From NCBI RefSeq assembly GCF_000012545.1, contig NC_007681.1, positions 1,620,001 to 1,652,000 of the forward strand: a stretch of DNA of 32,000 nucleotides. The letters are read 5' to 3'. Positions 9,619 through 18,651 of this stretch are shown here, one piece after another. Numbering within the stretch: the stretch's first letter is position 1; each line of letters starts with the position of its first letter. This DNA is from Methanosphaera stadtmanae DSM 3091 (GTDB taxonomy: Archaea; Methanobacteriota; Methanobacteria; Methanobacteriales; Methanobacteriaceae). The notes below the pieces were generated by a model. It was not told where the DNA came from. It worked only from the letters and a program-made list of their open reading frames with translations, and searched no databases. Position numbers and translations under genes: made by a program.

Positions 9619-10809
9619 CTATTTATTTGAAATAATACTGATAATATCTGATTGTTTAAGTTCCTGTTCACTTGATATTCTCATATTCTTTCTAGCATCA
9701 ATTGCATGGGTAAAACCTTCACCAATATCAGTATGTATACAATATGCAAGATCCCTTGGATTGGAACCTTTAGGTATGAGAAGTGCATCAGGTAAAATAT
9801 TTCCTTTCTGATCAGAATATTTATGTTCATCTTCAACAGGATACACTACAATTTCTTCTAAAACATCATATACTGCAGTATTTATAGTTTCTTGAATACC
9901 TGTTGAACCATATTTTTTTAGAACATTACTATCAATATATTCTAGTGCCATTTTCTGTTTTTGTGATAGATTCTCTTCATCAATAATTTCAAAGTAATCA
10001 TCACCTGACTTATATTTTATTAATCCTGCCTTTGTAGCATTTACAAGAGCAAGTTCTGATTCAGCACTTGTTGGTATAACTTTTTCATATTTCTGTTTTA
10101 GTCTATTAATGTTTTCTTCTGCTTGTGGAGTATCTATCTTATTTGCAACTATGATAATAGGTTTTGCAAGTTCAAGTAATTTATCTAAAAATCTTAAAAT
10201 ATCATCTTTTTCCCATTTATCATAATCATCATCCATAATTCTTTCTGCTTCAATTACATCATCAAGAAATACTCCTGCGCCACTTAATTGATCTGCAATA
10301 ACCTTTGCAAAGTTTAAGTGTTCAGACATTACCTTTCTTATGAGTCTTGGCCAATTTCTCTCTAATATTGAATAAACCCACATTGTTACCTCATGTTTTA
10401 GAAAGTTAACATCATCTAATGGGTCATGACTTCCAATTTCACATGGATTTCCTTCTTCATCTGTTCCACCAGATGCATCTATAATATGAATTAATGCCCT
10501 TGCTTGACTTAAATCATCTAAAAATTTATTTCCTAAACCTTTTCCTTCATGTGCCCCAGGAACTAATCCTGCAACATCAATTAATTCCACAGGAATATAT
10601 CTTATCCCATCCTCACATTTACCAGTACGAGGATTACATGAAACATCCAATTCACTACATGGACATTTTGCTGTAACATAAGCTATTGCTGCATTTGCAT
10701 CTATTGTTGTAAATGGATAATTTGCAACTTCTGCCTCTGATAACGTTGCTGAATTAAAAAATGAGGATTTACCTACATTTGGTTTTCCAGTTACTGCTAT
10801 TTGTAACAT
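9619..10809 (-). CDS. Obg-family GTP-binding protein (archaeal YchF/OLA1-related, MJ1332-like) with a C-terminal TGS domain
   Basis: G1 is [12 protein letters not shown], followed by [12 protein letters not shown]3 DVAGLV and G4 NKID (canonical NKxD, not the YchF NxxE variant). The C-terminal TGS-like stretch is [22 protein letters not shown]. The SD is AAGGAGA. Confidence 0.88.
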   Translation of the reverse strand: MLQIAVTGKPNVGKSSFFNSATLSEAEVANYPFTTIDANAAIAYVTAKCPCSELDVSCNPRTGKCEDGIRYIPVELIDVAGLVPGAHEGKGLGNKFLDDLSQARALIHIIDASGGTDEEGNPCEIGSHDPLDDVNFLKHEVTMWVYSILERNWPRLIRKVMSEHLNFAKVIADQLSGAGVFLDDVIEAERIMDDDYDKWEKDDILRFLDKLLELAKPIIIVANKIDTPQAEENINRLKQKYEKVIPTSAESELALVNATKAGLIKYKSGDDYFEIIDEENLSQKQKMALEYIDSNVLKKYGSTGIQETINTAVYDVLEEIVVYPVEDEHKYSDQKGNILPDALLIPKGSNPRDLAYCIHTDIGEGFTHAIDARKNMRISSEQELKQSDIISIISNK

Positions 10810-10993
10810 ATCAAGTCTCCTTTAACTATTTCGTATCTTTTATATAAAAATTAATTTAGATTAATAAAATAAATCATGAATTATCATGTTTAAACTAATT
10901 CTCCTATATTATTATATCTCATTACTAATTTAATAATATAAGGTTTTAAAAAAAATAATAAAAATTAATTGGGGATGATGAATAATTTCTACT

Positions 10994-11617
10994 CTAAACT
11001 ACCACAACACACATATATCCAAAGTCCATCTGTTTTGCTTCCTCAAGTGTTACATGAACCACCTGTTCATCTGGATAACTTAGTTTTTCACAGATTGTTA
11101 TTCCATGTTCTGGACTAAAACCATTATCTATAAGATATTCTGCAAGTTCACTAATATGTCTATTTGGAAGAATTATATTTGGAACATTATTATCAATTTT
11201 ATCTAACAAGTCCTTTGTAGGTGCTTTTCCTCCATGAATTGTTATTAAATTTGCACTATCCCATGGTATTTCAACTTTTGCTGATGCTAACTGAACAGAA
11301 CTTATACCTGGAATTACATTTAGTTTTGTATTTGGTGATAATCTTTGAATTGTTTTTAACATACCAGAAAAACCTGGATCACCTGTTGATAATACAGATA
11401 CATTAAGTCCATCATCAAGATATGATACTGCCTTTTTCACAGTATTTGGAATATCTCTTGGCTCTAATACAACCATTTGTGCATCAAGATAGTCAAATAA
11501 CTCTAAAGATCTCTTACTACCTACTAATACATCTGATTTTTCTATGGTTTCAACAGCATTTAATGTTAAGTATTCTCTAGCTCCAGGTCCTATTCCCACA
11601 ATATTTAATTTATTCAT
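10994..11617 (-). CDS. cbiE: Cobalt-precorrin-7 (C5)-methyltransferase / precorrin-6Y methyltransferase CbiE subunit
   Basis: It has a tetrapyrrole methylase fold: IVGIGPGAREYLTLNAVETIEKSDVLVGSKR and VLSTGDPGFSG. At 207 aa the size is right for stand-alone CbiE. The SD is AAGGTG. Confidence 0.85.
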   Translation of the reverse strand: MNKLNIVGIGPGAREYLTLNAVETIEKSDVLVGSKRSLELFDYLDAQMVVLEPRDIPNTVKKAVSYLDDGLNVSVLSTGDPGFSGMLKTIQRLSPNTKLNVIPGISSVQLASAKVEIPWDSANLITIHGGKAPTKDLLDKIDNNVPNIILPNRHISELAEYLIDNGFSPEHGITICEKLSYPDEQVVHVTLEEAKQMDFGYMCVVVV

Positions 11618-11744
11618 AACCTACACCTTCTAAAACAGTAATAGTTTTACTTAATAAATTATATGTACATACTTATTAAATAAAGTTAAGTAAAAATATA
11701 GACGAGATATTAAAATTATCTAAATATAAAAATAGTTTTTCAAA

Positions 11745-11788
11745 ATAAAAAAAAAAGAAGAAGAATATGATTTTATTTCAATATTCTT
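11745..11788 (-). terminator. Hairpin plus oligo-T terminator of the adhesin-like gene
   Basis: On the minus strand, 6 nt after the stop, there is a perfect 8-bp stem AAGAATAT/ATATTCTT (11761-11788) with a 12-nt loop. It is followed by CTTC and a T10 run (A10 on the + strand at 11747-11756). Confidence 0.6.
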
Positions 11789-11794
11789 ATTTAT

Positions 11795-14700
11795 TTAAAC
11801 TTTCAGTGTCGTGGTTGTTGTTGCTTTTTCATAGATTGATGTTTCACCAGTCATAACCACTAGTGTGTATGTTCCTTTAATTGTTGGTGGAATCATATCT
11901 ATGTCTGCTACTCCATTTACTGCTATAGCATTTGCTTGTGTTTTTCCATTGAGTTTTACTACAACTTTTGTATTTCCTGTCACTGGTTTATTGTTATTAT
12001 CATTGATTTTCACTGATACTGTTGCTGTTTTATTATTTACTAGTTTTGCTGTTGCATTTATTTTTGTTGGTATTTTCACTGTATTTTTAAACATGAATGA
12101 TGTTGTACTTGTTGCATATACACTGTTTTCTCCTGATATTATTGTTATGTTATATGGTTTTGAACTTACTGGTAAGTTTAAGTTTAAGTTAGCAACACCA
12201 TTTGATACTATGATTTGGTTGTAGACTGTTTTACCATTTACTTTTACTGTTACTTTTGTATCACGGTTTATGAGGTTATTTTTCTCATCAAAGATTTTTA
12301 ATGATACTGTTGCATTGTTACTTGTTATATTTACCATTTCTGCTTGTATATGGGTATTTGTTCTTAATACTGTTAAATGACTTTCTGTAGCTACTCTATT
12401 ATAATCTTTTCCAGAGAATACTGCTGTTAGAGTATATTCTTTAGCACTGTATATTGAAGTTATAGTATAGTCGAGTTTTGCAATACCATTTTCTACTTTT
12501 ACAAAGATTATGTTACCATCATCATCTTTTAATGTTTTACCATTAAGTTTAAATATAACTTTACCTTCATTTACTAAAGTATTATTGTAGTATACATGTG
12601 CAATTATGCTTGTTGTATCTCCAACTTTTACTTTTGTACCATTGGTTAATACATCAATATTAGCAGTTCTTAGTGTAATAATCACATCTGCTTTTTCACT
12701 TACAGAATCATCATATGCATCGTTTCCAAGGTATGTGGCTACTATGGTTGTATTTTCTTTATGCCATACTCTTGGTGCTTCTTTGGTAATTGTTGCAACA
12801 CCACCAGTTACATTAGCATATATTACATTACCATTATTATCAGTTACTTCTACACCATTTATACTAAATACTACTTTTCCACCAGTTACATTGTTACCAT
12901 TTACATCTGTAATGTGTGCTGTGAGATTTACTTTTTCATAAATTACTCCATTTACAGCATCAACTGTGGTTTTTGTACTTATTTTTTCTACATCAAATGT
13001 AGTTTCATCACTACTTGGAGTGTATAAGTCACTTCCATCATAACTTGCTTTTATTGTGTATGTACCAGTTGTAGCAGCTGCTTTAATAGTTACTTTAAAG
13101 TTACCATTATTATCTGTAACTGTATTGTATGATATACCATCTACTATGATTGTAACTGTACTGTTAGCTATTGCTTTTTGTGTGTATTCTTCACTAAGTA
13201 CACCAGATACATCTACTGTTGAATTAATATCAGTATTGTTAACAGGATTTAATGTTAATTCAGAACCTAATTTTTCAACATCAACACTTATAATTTCACT
13301 TGATGCCATGTAGGTATCATTTCCATCATATCTAACTGTTACTGGAATATTATCTCCAACAGTTGTTGTCATAATATCACATGTAAATTTACCATCACCA
13401 TTAGTGGTGGTTGTGTAGTCTTTACCTTCAAATGTAACTGTAATTGTAGCATTAGCTATACCATTATTCTTTGTATCTATGAGAGTTCCATTAATTGTTA
13501 TGGTACTGTTTACTGTAGCACTAATTGGTCCTTCAGCTGTTATACTAGTTTCTTCTTTTACAAACATGGAAGTTTGAGCACTAGCCATGGTGTATACATC
13601 ACTACCAGCATAACTTGCAGATACATCATAATTTCCACTTACAAGAGAGGTCATAATAGTTACAACATATTTACCTTCATTATCAGTGGTGGTTGTGTAT
13701 TTTTTATTGTTAACTGTTATTGTTACTTCTTGATTACTAATAGCATTTTGTGCAGAATCAACTAAAATACCAGTAACATTAACATTACTATTAGCATCAA
13801 CACTACCAATAGCATCAATAGTAATAGATGAACTTATTTTTTCTACATCAAATGTAGTTTCATCACTACTTGGAGTGTATAAGTCACTTCCATCATAACT
13901 TGCTTTTATTGTGTAGGTACCAGTTGTAGCAGCTGCTTTAATAGTTACTTTAAAGTTACCATTATCATCTGTAACTGTATTGTATGATATACCATCTACT
14001 ATGATTGTAACTGTACTGTTAGCTATTGCTTTTTGTGTGTATTCTTCACTAAGAAGTCCAGATACTTCTACTGTTGAATTAATATCAGTATTGTTAACAG
14101 GATTTAATGTTAATTCAGAACCTAATTTTTCAACATCAACATTTATAATTTCACTTGATGCCATGTAGGTATCATTTCCATCATATCTAACTGTTACTGG
14201 AATATTATCTCCAACAGTTGTTGTCATAATATCACATGTAAATTTACCATCACCATTAGTGGTGGTTGTGTAGTCTTTACCTTCAAATACAACTGTAATT
14301 GTAGCATTAGCTATACCATTATCACTTGCATCCATGAGAGTTCCATTAATTGTTATGGTACTGTTTACTGTAGCACTAATTGGTCCTTCAGCTGTTATAC
14401 CAGTTTCTTCTTTTACAAACATGGAAGTTTGAGCACTAGCCATGGTGTATACATCACTACCAGCATAACTTGCAGATACATCATAATTTCCTGTTACAAC
14501 AGGTGTCATGATAGTTACAACATATTTACCATCACTACCAGTGGTGGTTGTGTATTTTTTATTGTTAACTGTTATTGTTACTTCTTGATTAATAATAGCA
14601 TTTTGTGCAGAATCAACTAAAATACCAGTAACATTAACATTACTATTAGCATCAACACTACCAATAGCATCAATAGTAATAGAGGAATCTATTTTTTCAA

Positions 14701-17700
14701 CATTGAATTCTGCACTATCAGTGTCCATATCATGTGTATCATTACCAGCATATGAAGCATCTACTGTGTATTTACCTGTATTTGCTGGTGCAACAATGTT
14801 GAATTTGAAAATACCCTTTGCATCTGTCATGTTGGTGTAAGTATTATTGTTTAGTGTTATTGTAATCTCTGCATTAGCTACACCTTCACTTGTATAGAAT
14901 TCAACTAAGCTACCTGTTATTATCATATTAGCTTTAGGAGTAGTATTATCAATTGGATCAATTTTTAATATTGTTCCATATTTTTCTACATCATAGCTTG
15001 CTGTTGCAACTGCATCTTCATATTTATCATTACCATTATATGTAACTTCTACATTATAAGTACCTTCAGTTGCACCTACATTAAATGTGTATGAATATTT
15101 ACCATCATTATCAGTTGTTACTATAACACCATCCATATTAGCTATGGATATTATGATTTCTGCATTTGCTATTGGATTTGTTTTATCAGTAAGTGTACCA
15201 TTAATAGTACAATTACTATTTGGTGTAAATACATTTAATTGATCATTTACTGTTAATTCTGTTTCATATTTTGTTATATCAAGTATAGCAGTTTGACCTT
15301 CAACTGCATAATCTGTTCCATCATATGAAGCTTCTACAAATACTGTGTCACTTAATTTAGTAACTACAAAGTCTGTTGTAGCTATTCCATTTTCATTAGT
15401 ATTAACTGTTGTATCAATTCCAAATTCATCAACTTTAATATGTATTGGTTTAGATGATATAGCATTACCATCTTCATCAACAAATTTTACATTAACTACT
15501 ACTGTATCATTAATATGTGCTTCAGTAGGATTTAATGTAATAGTTAATACTCCTGTTCCAGTATTTCCAGTATTATCTTTAATTGTGTTATTTTCACCAG
15601 TAGCTAGTACTGAATTATCACCAGATAATTCTTTAGCAACTAAACTATTATCTGTTACTTGATGATTATCTCCAGTTACTGTTACTGCATATGTGTTATT
15701 TAATGATTTTACTGTGTTATATCTTACTATGTCGTTTGTTTCACCGCCGTCTATGATTATTCCTGCATTGTTTTGACTGTTTATTGTATTGTTTGTTACT
15801 GTGTTATTTATTCCACGTGATAAATATACTCCTGTTGTTCTTGGCCTAATATAATCCACTGATGGATATGTAGCATTATCTTTACCTGTTACTGTTATAT
15901 GATTACCAGTAATTGTTGTATTTAATCCAATAACCCCAATACCCATTGGTGTTGTACCATTTAATATTAGAGTATTGTTTGCTATTAATGTGTTATCTCC
16001 ACCAAATTGTTCAACTGCATATGAACTATACCCATTTGTGTATATCGTGTTGTTTATTACTTTATTATTGAATACTGAACCTTTTGTAGTAGTGTAGCTT
16101 CCACCACCATATGCACGGTTTGTAAAACATACACCATATCCTACATTTTCATTAGTTGTTCCTTCACCATAACCACTAGCACCACAGGTTAAGTTAATAA
16201 TATTATTACTTACTGTGTTATTACTAAATGAAGTACTGTCAAAGTATATTCCTGCAGTGTAATTTGTTCCTTTAACTATTATATTATTGTCTGTTATTGT
16301 ATTATTAGAGGTAACTACATAAATTGGATAAACCCATCCAGAAAGTCCTTCTTTACATATATAATTTATATTATTATTTTTTATAGTTGTATTATTTGCA
16401 AAGATACTTAATCCATATCCTGTTGGATATCCAGAATTATTATCTGTACCTATAACATTTATAGTAATATTATTGTTTTCAAGAACAACATTATTATATT
16501 TTACTTTAATTGGTACTATTTTTGATTCAGATTCACCTGCACTCCAATCAATAGTATTAGTTGTAAGATTAACTTTAATATTACAATTTCTTATAATACC
16601 ATCAGTACTGGTTTGAGTAATCAAATCAATATGATTACTTGGTAGTTCTGGATAATTTGCAATAAAGGTTAGATTATCTAATACACATTTAGCTCCTAGA
16701 GCAATAGCTGTAGCATAGTTTGAGTAATTCATTTGACTATTTCTTATAGTACTGTTTGTTCCCATCCAGACATATAATCTTGAAGTATTCATATTTTTAA
16801 ATTCTAGTATAGAATTCTGCATTAATATTATTTGAGCTATTTGTACGTTCATTGGTATGGCATTGATTACAATCCATGTATTTTCAGGAAGTCCATAATT
16901 CCAATATAATCCATCTTCAGGATCGTATTCAAAGTAGTCTAAGTAATTTGAAGCAGAGATTATGATTTTATTCATAGATTTAAGTGATTTTTTATTATTA
17001 TTTGTTGGTGGTATTAATGTATTATTATACTCATAAACAGTTCCATTATTAATAATTACCCCATATATAACATTATTTGTTATTGAAACATTTGTATATG
17101 TAGTCTTTTTAATGTTAATATTTGCTTTTATAGTGTTGTGATTAATTGTAATATTAGAACCACTTACTGTAACTAATCCATTAACAGTATTGTTTTCTAT
17201 AATATTATTATTAACTAATGTTGTAGCACCAAATATGTTATTTGTTGCTGTTGTATTTACACCTAAACTAACAACACCTGTTATATTATTATATTCTACA
17301 GTACTGTTATTTGTTGCTTTGAATGAAGCCCCTCTATTAACAGTATTGTTTATATAATAATTTCCTTTGTATCTGTCACTGTTGTTACCATTTTGTGGTG
17401 CTGCTGGATCTGTGTATCCCCATTGGGTAGTAATACCTTGACCTGCAACATTAACAATATTATTTGCTATTAAATTATCATGTCCTGTTAAGGTAATTCC
17501 ATAACAGATTAGTGAAGTGGTACTAGGTCCATTTAGTACATTGTTTGTAATATTATTATAGGAGTTAAGTTCTATGTCATCTTCTGCTACACCTGCTACA
17601 TTGTATGTAGTTAAGTATAAAAGATTTCCCACATCACCTGTACCTGTTATTGTATTGTTATTTATATTACAATAACTTGCTCCTGCAAGTACTAATGTAC

Positions 17701-18439
17701 TACTTCCACTGTTATTTGTTGTTTTGAAGTTTGAGTTTTCTACTGTTACATAACTTGCATTATCTCTTATTGAGAATACTCCTACTCCTTGTCCAATTCT
17801 CTGGTTTTCTACTGTTACATTCACGTTACTTACTGTAACATTAGTTGTATTTCTAACAAATACTTGTGTGTTGTAGAAGTTAAGATTGGATAATTGTGTT
17901 CCACTAGCTCCATGATCTATTATGAAAGCACTACCTGTTTCATTACCATAGTAACTACCAGAGATTGTATTAAGGCTTAATGTATTGCCTTTTCCATCTA
18001 TTGTTACTTGTTTGTTTAGTACATATGAATGGTTGTTACGTGTTATATTTGTTCCAAAGTTTATTTTAGAACCTGTTTGTACTTCATCTGTAAAACCATT
18101 ACTTGTGAAATATGTATCAAAGTTATCATTATTTACTGTTATTTCACTATTTGTTTTTTTAGTATTTTTCATATTAGACTTAATAGTTTTTTTAGTTGTG
18201 TCACTTACTAATTTTTCACTATTAGTTTTAGTTATTGTTTTTGCTTCTGACTTCACTGTTTTAGTATCAGAAACAGTACTTGCAATACTACCTACACTAG
18301 TTGTATCTGCACTGATTGTATTATCAGATATAACAGAACTAGCTGTATTATTACCTGTATCTGCTGCACTAATTGCAGTTAATCCAATAAGTAAAACCAT
18401 GAGAGTCATGACAAAAATAACTGATTTCTGATTTCTCAT
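11795..18439 (-). CDS. Giant secreted Asn/Thr-rich adhesin-like protein (2214 aa): signal peptide, right-handed parallel beta-helix (PbH1/pectate-lyase-like) region, then about 13 tandem Ig-like modules
   Basis: This is a single uninterrupted ORF. The N-terminus MRNQKSVIFVMTLMVLLIGLTAISA/AD looks like a signal peptide. Residues about 100-960 carry a periodic NNxI/V..N motif (NNTITG, NNIVNV, NNITGV, NNIIENNTVNG...) typical of PbH1 beta-helix repeats. Residues about 960-2214 are 90-100-aa modules ending in a Y.G.D.Y....... motif. The SD is GTGAT. Confidence 0.9.
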   Translation of the reverse strand: MRNQKSVIFVMTLMVLLIGLTAISAADTGNNTASSVISDNTISADTTSVGSIASTVSDTKTVKSEAKTITKTNSEKLVSDTTKKTIKSNMKNTKKTNSEITVNNDNFDTYFTSNGFTDEVQTGSKINFGTNITRNNHSYVLNKQVTIDGKGNTLSLNTISGSYYGNETGSAFIIDHGASGTQLSNLNFYNTQVFVRNTTNVTVSNVNVTVENQRIGQGVGVFSIRDNASYVTVENSNFKTTNNSGSSTLVLAGASYCNINNNTITGTGDVGNLLYLTTYNVAGVAEDDIELNSYNNITNNVLNGPSTTSLICYGITLTGHDNLIANNIVNVAGQGITTQWGYTDPAAPQNGNNSDRYKGNYYINNTVNRGASFKATNNSTVEYNNITGVVSLGVNTTATNNIFGATTLVNNNIIENNTVNGLVTVSGSNITINHNTIKANINIKKTTYTNVSITNNVIYGVIINNGTVYEYNNTLIPPTNNNKKSLKSMNKIIISASNYLDYFEYDPEDGLYWNYGLPENTWIVINAIPMNVQIAQIILMQNSILEFKNMNTSRLYVWMGTNSTIRNSQMNYSNYATAIALGAKCVLDNLTFIANYPELPSNHIDLITQTSTDGIIRNCNIKVNLTTNTIDWSAGESESKIVPIKVKYNNVVLENNNITINVIGTDNNSGYPTGYGLSIFANNTTIKNNNINYICKEGLSGWVYPIYVVTSNNTITDNNIIVKGTNYTAGIYFDSTSFSNNTVSNNIINLTCGASGYGEGTTNENVGYGVCFTNRAYGGGSYTTTKGSVFNNKVINNTIYTNGYSSYAVEQFGGDNTLIANNTLILNGTTPMGIGVIGLNTTITGNHITVTGKDNATYPSVDYIRPRTTGVYLSRGINNTVTNNTINSQNNAGIIIDGGETNDIVRYNTVKSLNNTYAVTVTGDNHQVTDNSLVAKELSGDNSVLATGENNTIKDNTGNTGTGVLTITLNPTEAHINDTVVVNVKFVDEDGNAISSKPIHIKVDEFGIDTTVNTNENGIATTDFVVTKLSDTVFVEASYDGTDYAVEGQTAILDITKYETELTVNDQLNVFTPNSNCTINGTLTDKTNPIANAEIIISIANMDGVIVTTDNDGKYSYTFNVGATEGTYNVEVTYNGNDKYEDAVATASYDVEKYGTILKIDPIDNTTPKANMIITGSLVEFYTSEGVANAEITITLNNNTYTNMTDAKGIFKFNIVAPANTGKYTVDASYAGNDTHDMDTDSAEFNVEKIDSSITIDAIGSVDANSNVNVTGILVDSAQNAIINQEVTITVNNKKYTTTTGSDGKYVVTIMTPVVTGNYDVSASYAGSDVYTMASAQTSMFVKEETGITAEGPISATVNSTITINGTLMDASDNGIANATITVVFEGKDYTTTTNGDGKFTCDIMTTTVGDNIPVTVRYDGNDTYMASSEIINVDVEKLGSELTLNPVNNTDINSTVEVSGLLSEEYTQKAIANSTVTIIVDGISYNTVTDDNGNFKVTIKAAATTGTYTIKASYDGSDLYTPSSDETTFDVEKISSSITIDAIGSVDANSNVNVTGILVDSAQNAISNQEVTITVNNKKYTTTTDNEGKYVVTIMTSLVSGNYDVSASYAGSDVYTMASAQTSMFVKEETSITAEGPISATVNSTITINGTLIDTKNNGIANATITVTFEGKDYTTTTNGDGKFTCDIMTTTVGDNIPVTVRYDGNDTYMASSEIISVDVEKLGSELTLNPVNNTDINSTVDVSGVLSEEYTQKAIANSTVTIIVDGISYNTVTDNNGNFKVTIKAAATTGTYTIKASYDGSDLYTPSSDETTFDVEKISTKTTVDAVNGVIYEKVNLTAHITDVNGNNVTGGKVVFSINGVEVTDNNGNVIYANVTGGVATITKEAPRVWHKENTTIVATYLGNDAYDDSVSEKADVIITLRTANIDVLTNGTKVKVGDTTSIIAHVYYNNTLVNEGKVIFKLNGKTLKDDDGNIIFVKVENGIAKLDYTITSIYSAKEYTLTAVFSGKDYNRVATESHLTVLRTNTHIQAEMVNITSNNATVSLKIFDEKNNLINRDTKVTVKVNGKTVYNQIIVSNGVANLNLNLPVSSKPYNITIISGENSVYATSTTSFMFKNTVKIPTKINATAKLVNNKTATVSVKINDNNNKPVTGNTKVVVKLNGKTQANAIAVNGVADIDMIPPTIKGTYTLVVMTGETSIYEKATTTTTLKV
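11798..15560 (-). repeat. Array of about 13 tandem Ig-like coding modules (about 285 bp each) in the C-terminal half of the adhesin-like CDS
   Basis: The protein repeats the pattern ...V.G.L.D..gN.i.n..V.i.vng..Y...Td.nG.f......a...G.Y.v.asY.G.d.Y..s......v.K... thirteen times by eye. Divergence between modules ranges from about 95% identity to barely recognisable. Confidence 0.8.
12977..14686 (-). repeat. Two head-to-tail copies of an 855-bp unit (12977-13831 and 13832-14686), near-identical; each unit encodes three Ig-like modules
   Basis: Identical strings recur at an offset of exactly 855 nt (ACTTATTTTTTCTACATCAAATGTAG at 12977 and 13832). The antisense track ORFs 13574..13765 and 14429..14620 are offset by 855. 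The two protein copies differ at roughly 18 of about 285 positions by eye. Confidence 0.9.
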
Positions 18440-18651
18440 AAGTTATCACTTCTGATTTTAAAGACTTATTCAAAAAATATTAATGCTTATTTAACATTCT
18501 TTGAATAATAATTCTATATATATCAATTAATCAATATATATTTATTCAAAGTATTTTTTTAACTAAAAAAATAAGTATGGCCATAAACTTAAATTTAAAC
18601 TATAAAAATCTATAAAAAAAAGTTATTAAAAAATATAAAATAAAAAGTACA

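Noticed and set aside
8439-9671. Long form of the dehydrogenase-like ORF starting at 9671
   Set aside because: The first 21 codons overlap the 3' end of the GTPase gene and lack an SD. ATG 9608 has AGGTG at ideal spacing, so the long form is rejected in favour of 8439..9608.
12977-14686. Whether the regular repeats could be a CRISPR array or a mobile element
   Set aside because: The repeat unit is 855 bp, lies in-frame within one long CDS and encodes Ig-like modules. There is no short repeat-spacer structure and there are no transposase or terminal inverted repeats.
18154-18193. Homopolymer A7/T7 tracts in the 5' part of the adhesin CDS as slipped-strand phase-variation switches
   Set aside because: Runs of 7 A/T encoding Lys-Lys are common throughout this AT-rich window, including in housekeeping genes. 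There is no evidence that they are special here.
11865-18431. About ten + strand ORFs of 60-148 aa inside the adhesin gene (for example 11865..12224, 12606..12941, 15345..15662, 17985..18431)
   Set aside because: These are mirror-frame artefacts of the Asn/Thr-rich repeat gene. They are hydrophobic V/L/F/S/T-rich translations that recur with the 855-bp repeat, and they have no starts with an SD.
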